Shown: in pieces, positions 40,400 to 53,497 of the stretch
Numbering within the stretch: the first letter of the stretch is position 1
How the letters are laid out: every line of letters begins with the position of its first letter
Origin: Gnetum montanum
Lineage: Eukaryota; Plantae; Gnetophyta
Assembly (NCBI GenBank): GCA_015680685.1
Contig: MNCI01001921.1
Span: 335,549-399,548, forward strand
DNA length: 64,000 bases
Reading direction: 5' to 3'
The notes under the pieces: generated by a model
The model's input: the letters and a program-made list of their open reading frames with translations, nothing else
Databases searched by the model: none
What the model was told of the DNA's origin: nothing
Program-made: the position numbers and the translations under genes

Positions 40400-42400
40400 G
40401 ATTCATTTTTTTAGGGCCTAACACCCCCTCTACCCTCTTAAAGTTCTAATTGAATAGATCTTCGGGTGTACCTATATTATAAGTATTTATAGGTTCCAAT
40501 GAAAGATCCATGTAGTATGTTGCTTTCCAAATTAACATGCATTAATAAAAAGTGCCAATTCCTTTTAAGAGTGGAATCATTTAATTTGATGTTTCTTTGA
40601 TTTTCCAAATGCATCAATAATCTATTCACTAAGATTTAACTATCATCATTAGACCATATTTAATGTTGTTCAAATTCACTTTGACTGTTAATTTCAATAT
40701 TCTTGAGGCCCTTCACATATAACCTTTTGATAGCAAAACCAAGAAACTAGAACAAAATTGGAAAAAGACCCAAAGGATATATTGGATAAACAATGTATGA
40801 TAAATAGAATATTTTGAGGGGAAAAAGTTTCTTTGATATCACTTCACATTGTAGCAGTTAGGTTGATAAGGCAAAAAATACTTATTTGCAATGATTAAAA
40901 ATTGTGTGATGTTTAACCACTGGCTAAAACTAGCCAAAATTTTCTTCTAGTAGTGATCTCTACTACTTATTCAACAAGTTGAAAATTTTTTTTCTTGACC
41001 TTTACATCTATGTTTAATATCTTGATATTCAATAACTTCTTTTTTAAAATTGATTGAATAGTGTTTTTATTGCAGTACTGTTAACTAGTTTATCTCCTTT
41101 CTTTGAGTTGATTTGATTGCAAATTTTGGATTTGCCTCCAAATGCTACTTTCTCAAGGCTTGAACTTCTATCATGTAGTTTCCTTTCTTGTTCAATAGTG
41201 ATTGCAAACATTATTTCTAGTTAAAGAAGCATTAGTGAGTGTCAATTGGTATAGGAAGTTTAGGTAATACTAGTGTTATCGTGAACTTGATTCACTAAAG
41301 AGAAAACGTCTAAATTATGTTGTAAATGTTAGGTGCATCCAACTTCTTTGAACTTGTTTCCTTTTGGAAATGGAAATCAAATTTCTTTTTATCTCTAGAT
41401 GTAGAATATTTAGGGACAATGCTATCTTTAAGAAAAACAAATAAGCTCTATTTGGGATTGCTATTTTTTCTAAATTGAAGCCTATAAGTTGGCTTACAAT
41501 AGTGAGTAAGGATTTCACCTTTCCAGGGAGAACAAATATGCCTATTATTATTTATCTCTATTGGTTGAATAGGTATTTAGATCTCTATATAAATCCTTTG
41601 GATCTGTTGAGACTAATTCCATGTTTATTTGAATGGCATCCTAGATTGACCTAGAGCACAACATCAAACCCATTATTGTAACTTGCTCTGGAAGAAGTAT
41701 CCCAACTTTTACTTTTTGGTAGTGAGGTAAGAATGTTTCTTCCTTGAAAATATTTGTGGCCTATCTGCTATGGATTCAAAACAAACACCATTTTCTTGCC
41801 ATGAAGTTTCTATTTTTATATATGACACTAGGTTCTCTTTCATGATTAAATGCTTGAATCAAACAATTTCTCAATTCTATGTTTTAAACATCTGGCTCTT
41901 CTTTTATATCACACTGAATATGTTTCTTTTTAAGGCATACTATCATTTGTTTCCATCCTATTTTGTTTTGATAATTTATGTTAAATGGTTAACTAAGGGA
42001 ACATATCCTCTTCACAAACTACATAGTCAAGTATTCACTTTAACTACTAACAAATACAAAGCATCATATTGTTTAGCTTTTTATTCCCTGAATTTTGTAT
42101 CTAATCATCATCTAATACATTTAAGTTACAATTTCAATCCTCATTAAGTCTTAGGTGCTATGCTTCCCAAATTTTAACATTGTATTCTAATTTTGTGTAT
42201 ATAACCTTGCTTCCACACATCAAAGAGCAATAAAATAAATTAAAGGTTTTAAAAACATCTTACTTTAATTATGTTTTTCACATCATTATTAATTTTTCCA
42301 TCCACTTGAACCAAAGACCTTAAGTATCCAAATTACTTATATTGGAAAACATCTTGATTTTGGATTCTAATCTTTCTTTCCATGTTACTTGCTTTTCCAT
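40400..42400 (-). mobile_element. Highly decayed LINE sequence: L1-like 3' part (~40400-42100) and RTE-like RT C-terminal piece (~42150-42400)
   Basis: Minus strand FGYLRSLVQVDGKINNDVKNII resembles the RTE pattern FxYLGSxIQxDGxIxxDV. The remainder shows only weak L1-like traces. Confidence 0.45.
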
Positions 42401-43904
42401 TAAAAGTGCAATCTATCTAATCTATTTTACTTTTACCAATCCTTGTCCCTTTTAAGAATATTTACCCCCAAGACATATAGTCAAATTAAAACTTTATAAC
42501 TTAATATTGTCCACCATAATCGATCCCATAAGTTGGACTTGTCAAATTAAGGGGTATTAAAACCTTATAATAATTGTAATATAATTACACTTTAAAATGT
42601 ATAGTCCAATCAAAAATTTATAACTCAGTATTTTCATAGGTTGGATTCTAGTGGTAAGACTCTTGATTTGTTCATCAAATAGGATACATAAGTTGAGCCA
42701 TGATTATTAGTTAAAGAATGAGATTAATTGACAGAAAAATACCATGAGTAAGAAATGGGAGGTTATGAAATAATTTACAGAAAAAGATAATCAAAGGGGA
42801 AAGAAACGAATGGTGATTGTAACCATATTATAGAAGAGCTAACTTTTTTTCGTTAGATTTTATCTTCCATAGATTCTTTTACTTGATTTTATTATACTTT
42901 CATATGTAAATATAACTTTCTTATCTCGAACTTAATTTACTGAATTCATTCTTTTTTTATGACTTGCTTAAAATCTACATGACCATGTAGAATGAATGAA
43001 GTATGAATCCAGGCCTAATCATGACGCAGTTTCTGTTACTCCTATTACTCATGAGTTTATGTATACTCATTAGTCAAGATAGTAATTTGTATTCCCACTA
43101 CTTATTGATAGTATTCAGGGCTAATCATCATGCAGCTTTTGGTACTCATTGATCTATGTGTTAATTAAGACTAAAATACCTATATACACTTTCTCACTAC
43201 TTACCAATCCAAATCAATCCTAATCTATGCATCCGGGATTTGCTAATTTGAAATTTCACAAACTGTTCGCGATGGGTACAGGTTAACATACAAAAGCACA
43301 GTAGATTTGCATTGGGTACTTTTTGGACAAATATTTATATTTTGCAACAAAGATGTTAAGTAATAAAAAAATCTAACACAAATCCCTTACATTCTTACAT
43401 AAGATACAAATGCAAAAATACATTTAGTCTAAGATTTGTAAAAATTCATAAAATTCGTAAGAGGTGCCATCTTTTTCTTTTAACAAATATATTTTAACTT
43501 TTTAAATTCATGTCCATGGTTACCAACCCTTACCCATCTTTTCTAGCATTACATTAATCAAAATGCGTTCAGAATCATGAATTCTTGATTCTAGGCTTCC
43601 ATGAATCAGAGATTCTTTTGATGCATAGCACCTAACCATCACACACTTTCTGTTACTCATGGGTCCATCCATTAACCAGGACAATAAATTGTTCATTCTT
43701 CTCCATAGTAATCCAGGACACAATGGCTTAATCGGTGATAGGATGGCTTGTAGCCATGTTCCCACTTAAAGGGACATGTTTATTAAGAATTGTTAGTTCT
43801 TAATACTTAAGGTAGTTTCAAGTTACTATTTTGTTTGGCAAATGTGGTCAAAATTATGATCATGTGTTGATCATTGGGATGTGGGAAATAATTTGAGTGG
43901 TAAG

Positions 43905-44630
43905 CATACACGTCAACAGTCAAGCCAGCAACCTCTTTTTCAGAGAGAAACCTACCATTTGGGTTGATGATTGACCGGGTAGTTGGGTTGATGATTGACC
44001 GGTAAGCTATGATTACGGGATAGAATCAGATCAAGTGAAGAAAAAAAATAGCGCCTTGTTGAACTCAACGAATGAAACGTTGCTGACTCTGATCCTGCTG
44101 TCAACACCATTGGAACGTAAATGATAAATTAACAGTTTGCGTATCCATGAAGATGGAAAGTTTCAGGGGTTAGATTTTGACCATGCTTTTCAGAAATTTG
44201 GACGCAGTAAGTCCGTTGAAAAATCCAGCAAAGTAGCCCAGCTTTCCTGGAGACCGTGGAAAAATCCAGCAAAGAAGCCTAGCTTTGCTGCAGACCGTGG
44301 AAATATGCAGCAAAGAAACTTAGTCTTCATGCCTCGTCTTCACGATATATGCACAAATGACGCTGCAACTTACCATCCACGGAACATGGCTTAGAAACGA
44401 TGTTGCAACTTAGCATCCACGAAACTACAAGGAACATGGCTTACTAATAGTATATTGTTTATTACGCAGCTGGTTCTATTGGAGGTTAATTGATTATTTT
44501 TTTAGACTACGGACTAACAAAGAAAGTATACGAAGAGCATATATGCATGCAATCACAGAGGATCACAAAGGAGCCTTGGAAGTAAGCAATAGCAACAACC
44601 AAGCAGGAAACAAATACATCGAGCATCACA
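43905..44630 (+). promoter_or_regulatory. Putative promoter / 5' UTR with W-box cluster and short tandem repeats
   Basis: TTGACC at 43971, 43995 and 44177; AGTCAA at 43918; CGTCAA at 43911; 24-bp direct repeat at ~43959-44004; ~41-bp unit x3 at 44211-44333. CpGs are retained. Confidence 0.55.
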
Positions 44631-45023
44631 ATGAAGGTGAAGGTGAAGGTTAACAAGATAGCAATCTTTTGCTTCCTCCTCCTCTTGCTGCTGCTGCCGC
44701 CGATTGCCAAAGAACATGGTTTTGTAAGTTTCCTTGCTCCTGACTAAGCAATATGTACACTCAATCAAATATATTATAGCTTATTCTTGTGAACCAGGTT
44801 CTTCAAACCAGCAACGCCCTCTCTTATTTTTGTTTCTGTGCCACAGAAAGATGAGAAAATGGCCAGCGGCGTGACCCTCAGCGCAAGGAGCATCAGACGG
44901 AAATTATTGCTACGTGTCTCACCCCTTGGATCCGGTGGGAACTGCAACTCCATGAGTTGGCGTGGGAATCGGGGTTTCGGGGTGGATGGGGCGTCAAAGT
45001 GGATATGCCCAGGAGGTCCATAG
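44631..45023 (+). CDS. Two-exon small secreted peptide precursor, 89 aa (exons 44631-44723 and 44847-45023)
   Basis: ACAATGA start; exon 1 MKVKVKVNKIAIFCFLLLLLLLPPIAKEHGF (basic n-region plus hydrophobic core); donor GTAAGT at 44724; pyrimidine tract and CACAG acceptor ending 44846; phase-0 join to KDEKMASGVTLSARSIRRKLLLRVSPLGSGGNCNSMSWRGNRGFGVDGASKWICPGGP*. Confidence 0.7.
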
Positions 45024-46575
45024 CCATAAATTGTGGTATGGTAAGCATCCCAGTTGGTCGGTTGTGTTGTGATAGGTTTAGAAATCTAAATTTAAAGAAA
45101 TGGCTGCTTTTGGAAGCAGCCCTCCATCCCCATTTCACGATAATAGTATGGGCCTGAGTATAATGAAGTTCACAAGAAGGTGTAACTTTACTGCATAAGA
45201 ATCCTATGTCGCATGTTTAAGTTTACCCTTTATTTTTGTTTTCTTATTTGATATCAGATTTTAGTAAAGGTTTTGGCAGTTTTGGCATTCTGTCAATTAA
45301 GATTCCCAATTGTTAGATCAAATGTCCTAGTATTTTTATTACCTATGGATTACTTGCAATTTTTATTTTTATTTAATATCCAATTTCAATAACTAATATT
45401 TTTTTTCCAACTCATTAAGATTCCAAAATTTACATTCAAATATTTAAATTAGCATGTTGGAACTATGGTACATTTTTGTAACTACACAACCACATGTAGT
45501 ATACTCTACATAACTAAAGCTTACATTCATACATATATGTTATAATTGTAGTACTAGCATTTGTAGACTTTAATACAATTTTTTTGACTTTTTTCCTAGC
45601 AATATCATGGTTGAAACCTCAAAATATTTGTAATATAGGTACACCCCAATATATATAGTCCAATTAGAAATTTATAACTTAGCATGGCCCATCAAATTTG
45701 AACTTATTACATAAAGCTTTCAAATCATAAAATATTTAGAGGTAATTGGATTTTAACATTTAATCATAAAATATATAGAAATTTATGATTGAGCTCTAAT
45801 AGTAGTAAAAGCAAAGGATACAAAACATTAACAAAATATTCTTACAAGTAGATTATATTTAATTATACAATATAATCGCAACAACAACAACATTACCAAT
45901 AATAACTATATGAGTCACTGCAATAATATAATCCTATGATTTAGTTGATAAAATTAGAATTATCCTATTGAAATAAATATGATAATATTAAATAATTAAA
46001 TCTATGGAAGTTTTGGTTATTACCAAATTTCTTGGATCCATAATGTAACAATATACTTTTTGATGTTGGAAATATCTAGAACCTTAATTTCTCTCTACTT
46101 TATGTTCTCCTCAAGTACCATTTGGTAGTTCTAGGGACTTCTTTATCTTTTACTCATTGTATATATGACTTGAAGCTTTCCTTATTAGTGGTTTGGTGAA
46201 TTACTACCATTGTATCCTATCGACTTATAAGTGCTTTCTATTTGGTTGTTGTTCTAATATTGGTGTACTTCTTGTTGACTCACATTAATGTTTTCTCTAT
46301 TATGTATATTTATGAACTATAGGGTTAGGTTCCTTTATACTTTGTAGATGGAAGAAAATGAGTGTCTAAGATGAAAAGATGAAAGAAAATTAAAAATTAT
46401 ATTTTCAAATTCATGCGTGAAGAAGAGAAAAGAATATATTAAGTGTATTTAAAATAAATTATTGGTTCACCTTGTCTTGGGATAATTAAAGGTTTATTTG
46501 GTTAACTCAATTTATTGATGTTAAATTTATAAAGATGTTGAATTTATATATTTATGAATCTTATCAAATGATACC

Positions 46576-48254
46576 TGTGAAATATCATCTGAAATTTAAA
46601 AAAAAAAACAATAGAGGATATATCCGGTAAAAATCTATGAAACAAACTGAAACCAAATAAATTTTTAAAATTTAAGGTAAAATTTCAATTAAAACTTTTA
46701 AAAATAATAAAAAATATATCCAAAACAAACTAAAACCAAAGAAAATTTCTAAATTTGATAGATAAAATCCTCATAAACAACTCCCAAAGAATCGGAACCA
46801 AAGCAGCCCTAAAAACGTCGGAATAAAGCCACGTAAAAAATTACAGGGTTTAATCTACTTGTATTGTCCCTGCAATTTTGATTCCGTTTTCGCTTCCTTT
46901 GGAGTATGTTGCAAAGGTTGTCGAATTTTAACCTAAAATCTCACCTTATCATCCCCTTTGGCTCAAAGCCTCAGGGCTTCATGCTTTAGACAAATCCTAA
47001 AGATCAAACATAACACTTGCTCAGGGTGCCTGCCGAATAAACTGAGAACAAACTTAAAAGATGACAAACTTAAAAGATGACTTACCAATTTCCTTTTCTC
47101 ATAGAAGCTGTGCGAAATTTTCATGCGTCTTAAAACGTCCACGAGTTGATTACCATGTTTTGACCACTCGTGGTTTCTGAAAGTTTTGGAATTTACCATG
47201 GTTCTGGAATTTAAGACAAAACAGATCGTGCTGAACTGGTCTGAAAAGTCTGCAATACCTCAAGCTGCTAAAGACTGACGTATTGAATTAAACTGACTGA
47301 ATTGAATTTTATGTGGAAAGTGATGGATCCCAATTGTTGAACCTACAGATTTATTGCTATACTAGTTTTATAATGAAATTGATGAAAATACTTTGATGGA
47401 AATGTTGTTGATGCTGAAATAGGGAGGGGTGGAACTCATAACTATTGGATGTGGAATAAATGTGATAGAGATATTAGTAAATGTGAATAAATGGAATAAT
47501 GAAAACTGATAAAATATTGATAAATCTTCGATAATAATAAAATGATGATATGAATAGAGAAAAATTCACAATAAATTCAGTCTTATGTCTTCACCACCCA
47601 ATGGTATTACTTACCATCATGATTTGCCCACATATTTATAGCCAAGAGTTAGGGCCATAATGATATATGATGGGACACACCTTTTTAATTAACAAATGGG
47701 CTAGAAATTGAAGAGACATGAGAAATTGGAGTTATTGTCTAATTACATTTTCCCATTAACTTATTTAAAGAAAAAAATAATAAAATTTTCTATTTTATCT
47801 TATGTTCTATAAAAATTTTAAATATAATTTATATAGTTTGATCCTTATTTTATAGAAAAGGTAACTTTGTACAATGCGGAAGAAAATGGCACAGGAAATT
47901 CCCTAAAATTTTAAGTCCCTGAAATTTTAAGTCTCTAAAATTTCTAACTACTGGAACCAGTAACTGCTGCTAACTATTGCTCACTGCTGTTAAGTGGTTT
48001 TGACCCATGTTGGATCAGTCACCACATAACTTATCAAACTGTCTAAGCTTTCCCAGCCGAAGCCTCTCAAGTTTTATGCAATTCTGTACCGTAACTTCTC
48101 TCAATTTTGATGGAGCTCCATCATTGGATGCACGGTATTAGATTTTTGTCAGGATGGAATACCGCATACATGTTATTTTGTTAGAAAGAAATAACCAAAG
48201 ATTTTCTTTTGGACTTTGACCTGGAATATAGGTAAACTTCAATTATGTTTGACA
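46576..48254. mobile_element. Possible young solo-LTR-like or TIR-bounded insertion
   Basis: CpG-retaining block bounded by TGTGAAATAT...ATGTTTGACA. Shares gtacaatgcggaa..aaatggcaca.gaaattc (~47870) with the copia LTR at ~51123. No TSD seen. Confidence 0.3.
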
Positions 48255-49785
48255 GGTGTAGAAAAGTAGAACCAGCATGTTTTCTATGTTTTTTATTCTT
48301 AGTTATTATAAAATTTCTTCTAATTATTAGTAAACAAATAAATACTGAAATAGTTTAAATTATGTATCTTATATAATACAAATACATTAGGATTGGCCAA
48401 GGTAGATGGTCCTATTTACAATAGGAGAGAAAACCTATGGCATAAATAATTCAAAGAGCAATTGAAAATGAGCATCACATATTTCCAGGCTCTCTTGTTC
48501 TAAAGGAAACTGGCAACAAATTGTAAATTATAGTTAATAATATAATTATCCTTTTTGCAATAGCACCAAGGAAACTTGGTAACCTTATTAATGAAGCATT
48601 TGCTACTCATGCTATGTTAATGTCAATTCTTGAGTGTTACACAATATTATTTTTAAATAACTTTAATATTTTTCATAATGCTAAAACATCGAAAACTGAA
48701 GACTAAAAAAAAAAAAAAAAACCATTTGGAGGTTTGACTATTTTGGTTTCAAATTATCTTTATCAAGAAGTTCAAATGCAAAAGATAGAATATATTCAAC
48801 ATGTTTGACTAAAAGTACTACAACAAAAAAATCTTTTCTATTTTTAGCCTTTTGGTGCTTTGTGTCATTGCACAATGCTATTTAATGTTTAGCTTCAAGA
48901 CAAAATTTTAAAAGTTCAATGCATTTTTATTTTGCTATAAGTTGATGGATGGATGCATATTATTTTAGCCCTAATTCATCTTTACTTTCTCTATTTTTCT
49001 TCTTTTCCACCATGGGGAATGACTTTTCAATGATCCTATGTATGACCCCAATTGTTTTATACAAATTGAAAGGCCATACATGGATATAATGATTAGTTTT
49101 TCTGCAATAACGTATTGATTACGAATTTTTTTCAATAATATCCATTGTTACCAAACTAGGTTTTAATATTAACTTTGCTTTTACTACTATTAGAGCTCAG
49201 TCATAGATTTCTATATATTTTATGATTAAATGTTAAAATCCAATTACCTCTAGACATTTTTCTTTTTGAAATGACAATATTGTGAGATGAAATTAGGGAT
49301 CAAGGATGACTAAAAATGAGTGGATTTACCCTATTCTCTTTCTTTGATGCCTATCTGATAGAACCATTGTAGATTAATGATATGAGATTAGAGTGGATTG
49401 AATTACAGCTATGTATTGATATAGATCTAAGGGAATTTTTCATGTGTTAGGAGGACAACACAAAGAGGATAGAATCTATTAGTAGGAAGAGAGGAGAATT
49501 AGTCAAGAACTTTAAGGAGCTAACAATTGCATAGAGTTTTCTGATAGTTGCTAAAAAAGTAGTTGTGTCATAGAGAGGTTGAATCTTTAAAATGTTTTGC
49601 AAATTGCCAATGTTCTAGCTGTCAATCACAAGTTAGCCCCTTTCTATTGAGGGATATCCTCTTATTTATTGGCCATAAAGACTCATATATTGCAAGGAAA
49701 TAATACTTTTGGGGCTTATAAAATCCTCTACAAGTTTTGGATAGAAGAAATGATGTGTAGTTGTAGCAGACATCAAAGATAAAGT

Positions 49786-52550
49786 TGATGTAATTGCACT
49801 CAGAGGGAGGGGGTGAATCAGGCCTTAAGCTTTTTAAAGTGCTTTACCTGTTACATTATCCAGCGTACGTTCAGGAGCTTCTCTTACAATCCACACTAAG
49901 CACTATGGCTTACGGCAATTTCACAACCCAATGAGAAACACTTTGGAATATCACTTTCTCAGCATAGAGAGAGATAAATACTTTGCTTTTTCTAAACACC
50001 AAAGCTCAATAATTGTAGAGTTTTAAAGGAAAAGGACATAGGAAGAAATTCCAATTCATGCACATAAACGGGCAAAATCAGAAGAATGAGCTGAACATTC
50101 AAACTACAATTTGTAGCAAAATGTTCAAACTACAATTTGTAGCAAAATGTTTAAAGCCGTTACAGACACATTAGAGGAAGGAAGATGTAGCCATTGACAA
50201 TCCATTCGAGGAATGTTGGAGAAGACTGAAAATTTGTTACTGGTAAGTATTGAAAGCTTGGTAGAGGAAATCTGTCATTCTATTTTATTCAGCGCACCTG
50301 TTATTTTTCTTGAACCACAGACAATGCTGACTTTTCTTTGCCTTCTTATGACAAACCATGCCATGTTAAAAGTTAAAAGCTAAAGCCACTTACAAGTGGA
50401 AACAACTTTGCACATCTAGAAACAACATTGCATGTTATGACAAACCATGCCATGTTAAAAGTTAAAAGCTAAAGCCACTTACAAGTGGAAACAACTTTGC
50501 ACATCTAGAAACAACATTGCATTTGAAACCATATTGTACATGTGGAAGTAGAAACGAGGAAAATATGTTTGTATGAAAATATACACATCTAGAAACAACA
50601 TTGCATTTGAAACCATATTGTACATGTGGAAGTAGAAACGAGGAAAATATGTTTGTATGAAAATATACAAACCAGGTTGCACGTGAAAACAATCTTGCAC
50701 GTTAAATGTGAAAACATAGAAATAATGTTGGATGTCAACCATAAAAACATTGAAAAGATGTTTTGAAGACTTGGAAATATGGAAAATACATTGTAGGTTA
50801 AAAGTGAAACGACATTTCACATTAAAAGTAGAAATGCGAAAAGTAGAAAACTGAAAATGACATTGTTCATTAAATATGAAAATGATGTTCTAGTGGAAAT
50901 GACTTACCAAAAAGAAGATGTTACTCATTGAAAATGGTATTAGTGTGTTGAATGTGTGTGGAACTTACAAATGATGTTATGCATTGAAAATGGGAACTAT
51001 GTGTCACATTGAAAATGAAAATAACGCTTCAAGAAGAACATGGTAACAACATCATTCATCAAGTAGAGGTAAGACAATTTGGGGATTGCACAAGAAATTT
51101 ACATGCATAGATAATTAGAAATGTACAATGCGGAACCAAATGGCACAAGAAATTCACATGCATAAATAACTGAAAATGCATAATGCCAAAGCAAATGGAA
51201 CTAATCTCCCGTCATTGATGCATCGGATTAAACTTGGCATTTGGATTCTTCTTTCACACAAGTGCTCTACAATGATGGTGTATACAAGCTCTAAGCATCT
51301 GTGAAAGAGACCAAAATTGCAATCGTGCTATGATTCATGGTGCCATTGATCTCTTATTAAGAATGAATTTATAGGCCACAGAATCAATTACCACAAGAGA
51401 CCCAATGCCAACACATAAAAAATGCATTACCTAATATGGAAACCATCTTGATGCATTAACTAACTCATAAAAATGTATTAGTGGATATAGTTGCCACCTT
51501 CATGCATTAACTAACTTATAAAAAGCATTAGTGGATAATGCATGCTATAGTAGAAGCAACCTTGAAAATGGAAACAACATTTGATTGAAAGTGGTAATGA
51601 CGTAGGCATTAAAACTAAACTACAATTGAACTTTAGCAAAACAAAACTTAACCTACACAACCAAACCTATAATTAAGCTTAAAACATCCAATAATCTCTT
51701 TCTTTTTGAGATTGAGTGAATTCATAATGTAAATTAAAATGAAAGAGAATAAAGAAGAAGCATATAGAGTCAAGTAAATAAAAATGGCTAGGGAAAAGAA
51801 AAAATATCCAAGCAGTTTCATGCTGAAAATCATCGCACAGATCAACATAGTTCAAGTAACAAAAATAATAATAGCAAGTATAGAAGGGGAAATAGGGGAA
51901 AATAACACAATGCATAACAGGAGATAACAAGCTCATAATATACTTTCAAAATCAAGTCTTTAGTCAAAACATCTTAAACAAGCAAGGAGGTAGATAGATA
52001 GTCATGCTAGGTAAGAAGTTAGTTTACTATAGGCTTATAGTATAACATAAGAATACAAAAATCTAGCTCATAACAACAAAGAGAGATCATCATCATGACC
52101 ACACTGATACCTTAGTCAAGCAATAAGGAGTACATTGTAACTCATATTAGTAGAAATAGATGAGAATAACATAGCCATTGCAAAAAAAAAAAAAAAATAG
52201 TTAAAAGAATGTTACAAGCATAAAAAATGTAGAGAATAAAACACTTTAGAGGAAACATTTTTCTAACAAAACCATAAAAAAATTATTGATAAAACCATCA
52301 TAAAACAATAGCATATACTTCCTTTCTTATCCAAAAATATGAAAGATAGCTCCCCTTACATTAAGCAAATCAAGCTCTAAATATACACAAAAGATATAGC
52401 TATAAGCAACAAGAAAGCATAGAGATAGACATACGAGCTTTAAAAGAACATACTTCCCCTACAATATAATTGGATATCTCATTTAAAATTCCTTTAAAAA
52501 TAGCATATAAAAGAAGATATTTAAGCCTATTTTGGTAAAATTGGCACACT
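49786..52550 (-). mobile_element. Sirevirus-like 3' LTR (~49786-51203) and 3' pre-LTR region with several PPT-like tracts
   Basis: Minus-strand LTR end ATTCACCCCCTCCCTCTGAG...CATCA; GGGGAGAT PPT at ~51204-51211; further AGGGGA tracts at ~52350 and ~52455; internal near-perfect duplications at 50098-50152 and 50346-50668. Confidence 0.65.
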
Positions 52551-52559
52551 CAATAATGT

Positions 52560-53497
52560 TCTTAAGTAAAGAAATCTCTCTTTATTCAAACCCTTTGGAA
52601 AAATATGTGCTCTCTATTTGTGGATGACATATATGATAATTTTATTATTTTTATTTCTACTTGGTCATGAAGAAAATGATATTTAATCTCAATATTTTTA
52701 GTTTTGCCATGAAAAACTAGATTTTGAGAAATAGAAATAGTTGCATTATTATCACAATAAATAATTACTGGATCAAAAATTTCTATATTGAAAAGTTTTA
52801 ATACTTCCCTCATCTAAAGAATTTGTGTGTAGGAGTGTGAGGCTGTAACATATTCAAATTTTTCCAATGATAACGCAATAGAGTTCTACTTCTTACTTAG
52901 CCATGATACGCAATAGAGTTCTACTTCTTACTTAGCCATGATACTAACATATCACCAAGAAAATGATAGTTTCCAGTAATGGATTTGAATAATCTTTATT
53001 TCTAATCCAATCTCTATCTATAAATGCTTGTAATTCAAAAGTTATATTTCATGGGAATCATAACCCATGACTAGTTGTGCCTTTCAAATGATGTAAAATT
53101 CTTTTGGTTGCAACCAAGTGTGATTCTTTTGGCTTTGACTAATATCTAGAAATAAGATCCACTACAAAAGTTATATCAAGCTTGTTGGCTATTGTATACT
53201 ACAAGCTTTCCATAATGAATCTATATAGTGAAGCATCAACATTCTTCTTATCTTCATCTTTGTAGAGATGTACACTTGTGCTGAGAAGAGTCATACAAGT
53301 TTGAGCTTCTATCATGCCAAAATGCTTGAGCATCTATTACACATACTTTATTTAAGAAATAAAAGTCCCATCCCTACATTGTTGAATATGTAGTCCAAGA
53401 AAATGAGATAGCTCTTCTAGCATAGACATCTCAAAGTTAGCTTTCATGGCTTTAATAAATTCTTTACTCAATCTTGAGCTTGTACCTACAAACATTA
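52560..53497 (-). pseudogene. Ty1/copia RT and RNase H remnant
   Basis: FEMSMLEELSHFLGLHI, SKPKESHLVATKRILHHLKGT, LVSWLSKK*NSIAL and IYCDNNATISISQNLVFHGKTKNIEIKYHFL. Confidence 0.95.

Noticed and set aside
43520-43765. 81-aa minus-strand ORF
   Set aside because: Non-ATG start, no recognisable motif and no splice context.
44507-44768. Minus-strand hydrophobic ORFs (67 and 71 aa)
   Set aside because: They begin at non-ATG codons and are antisense shadows of the signal-peptide exon and 5' UTR.
44855-45157. Alternative open frame (…AWESGFRGGWGVKVDMPRR…)
   Set aside because: It has no ATG near its 5' end and no good acceptor after the in-frame TGA at 44852. The other frame joins exon 1 cleanly.
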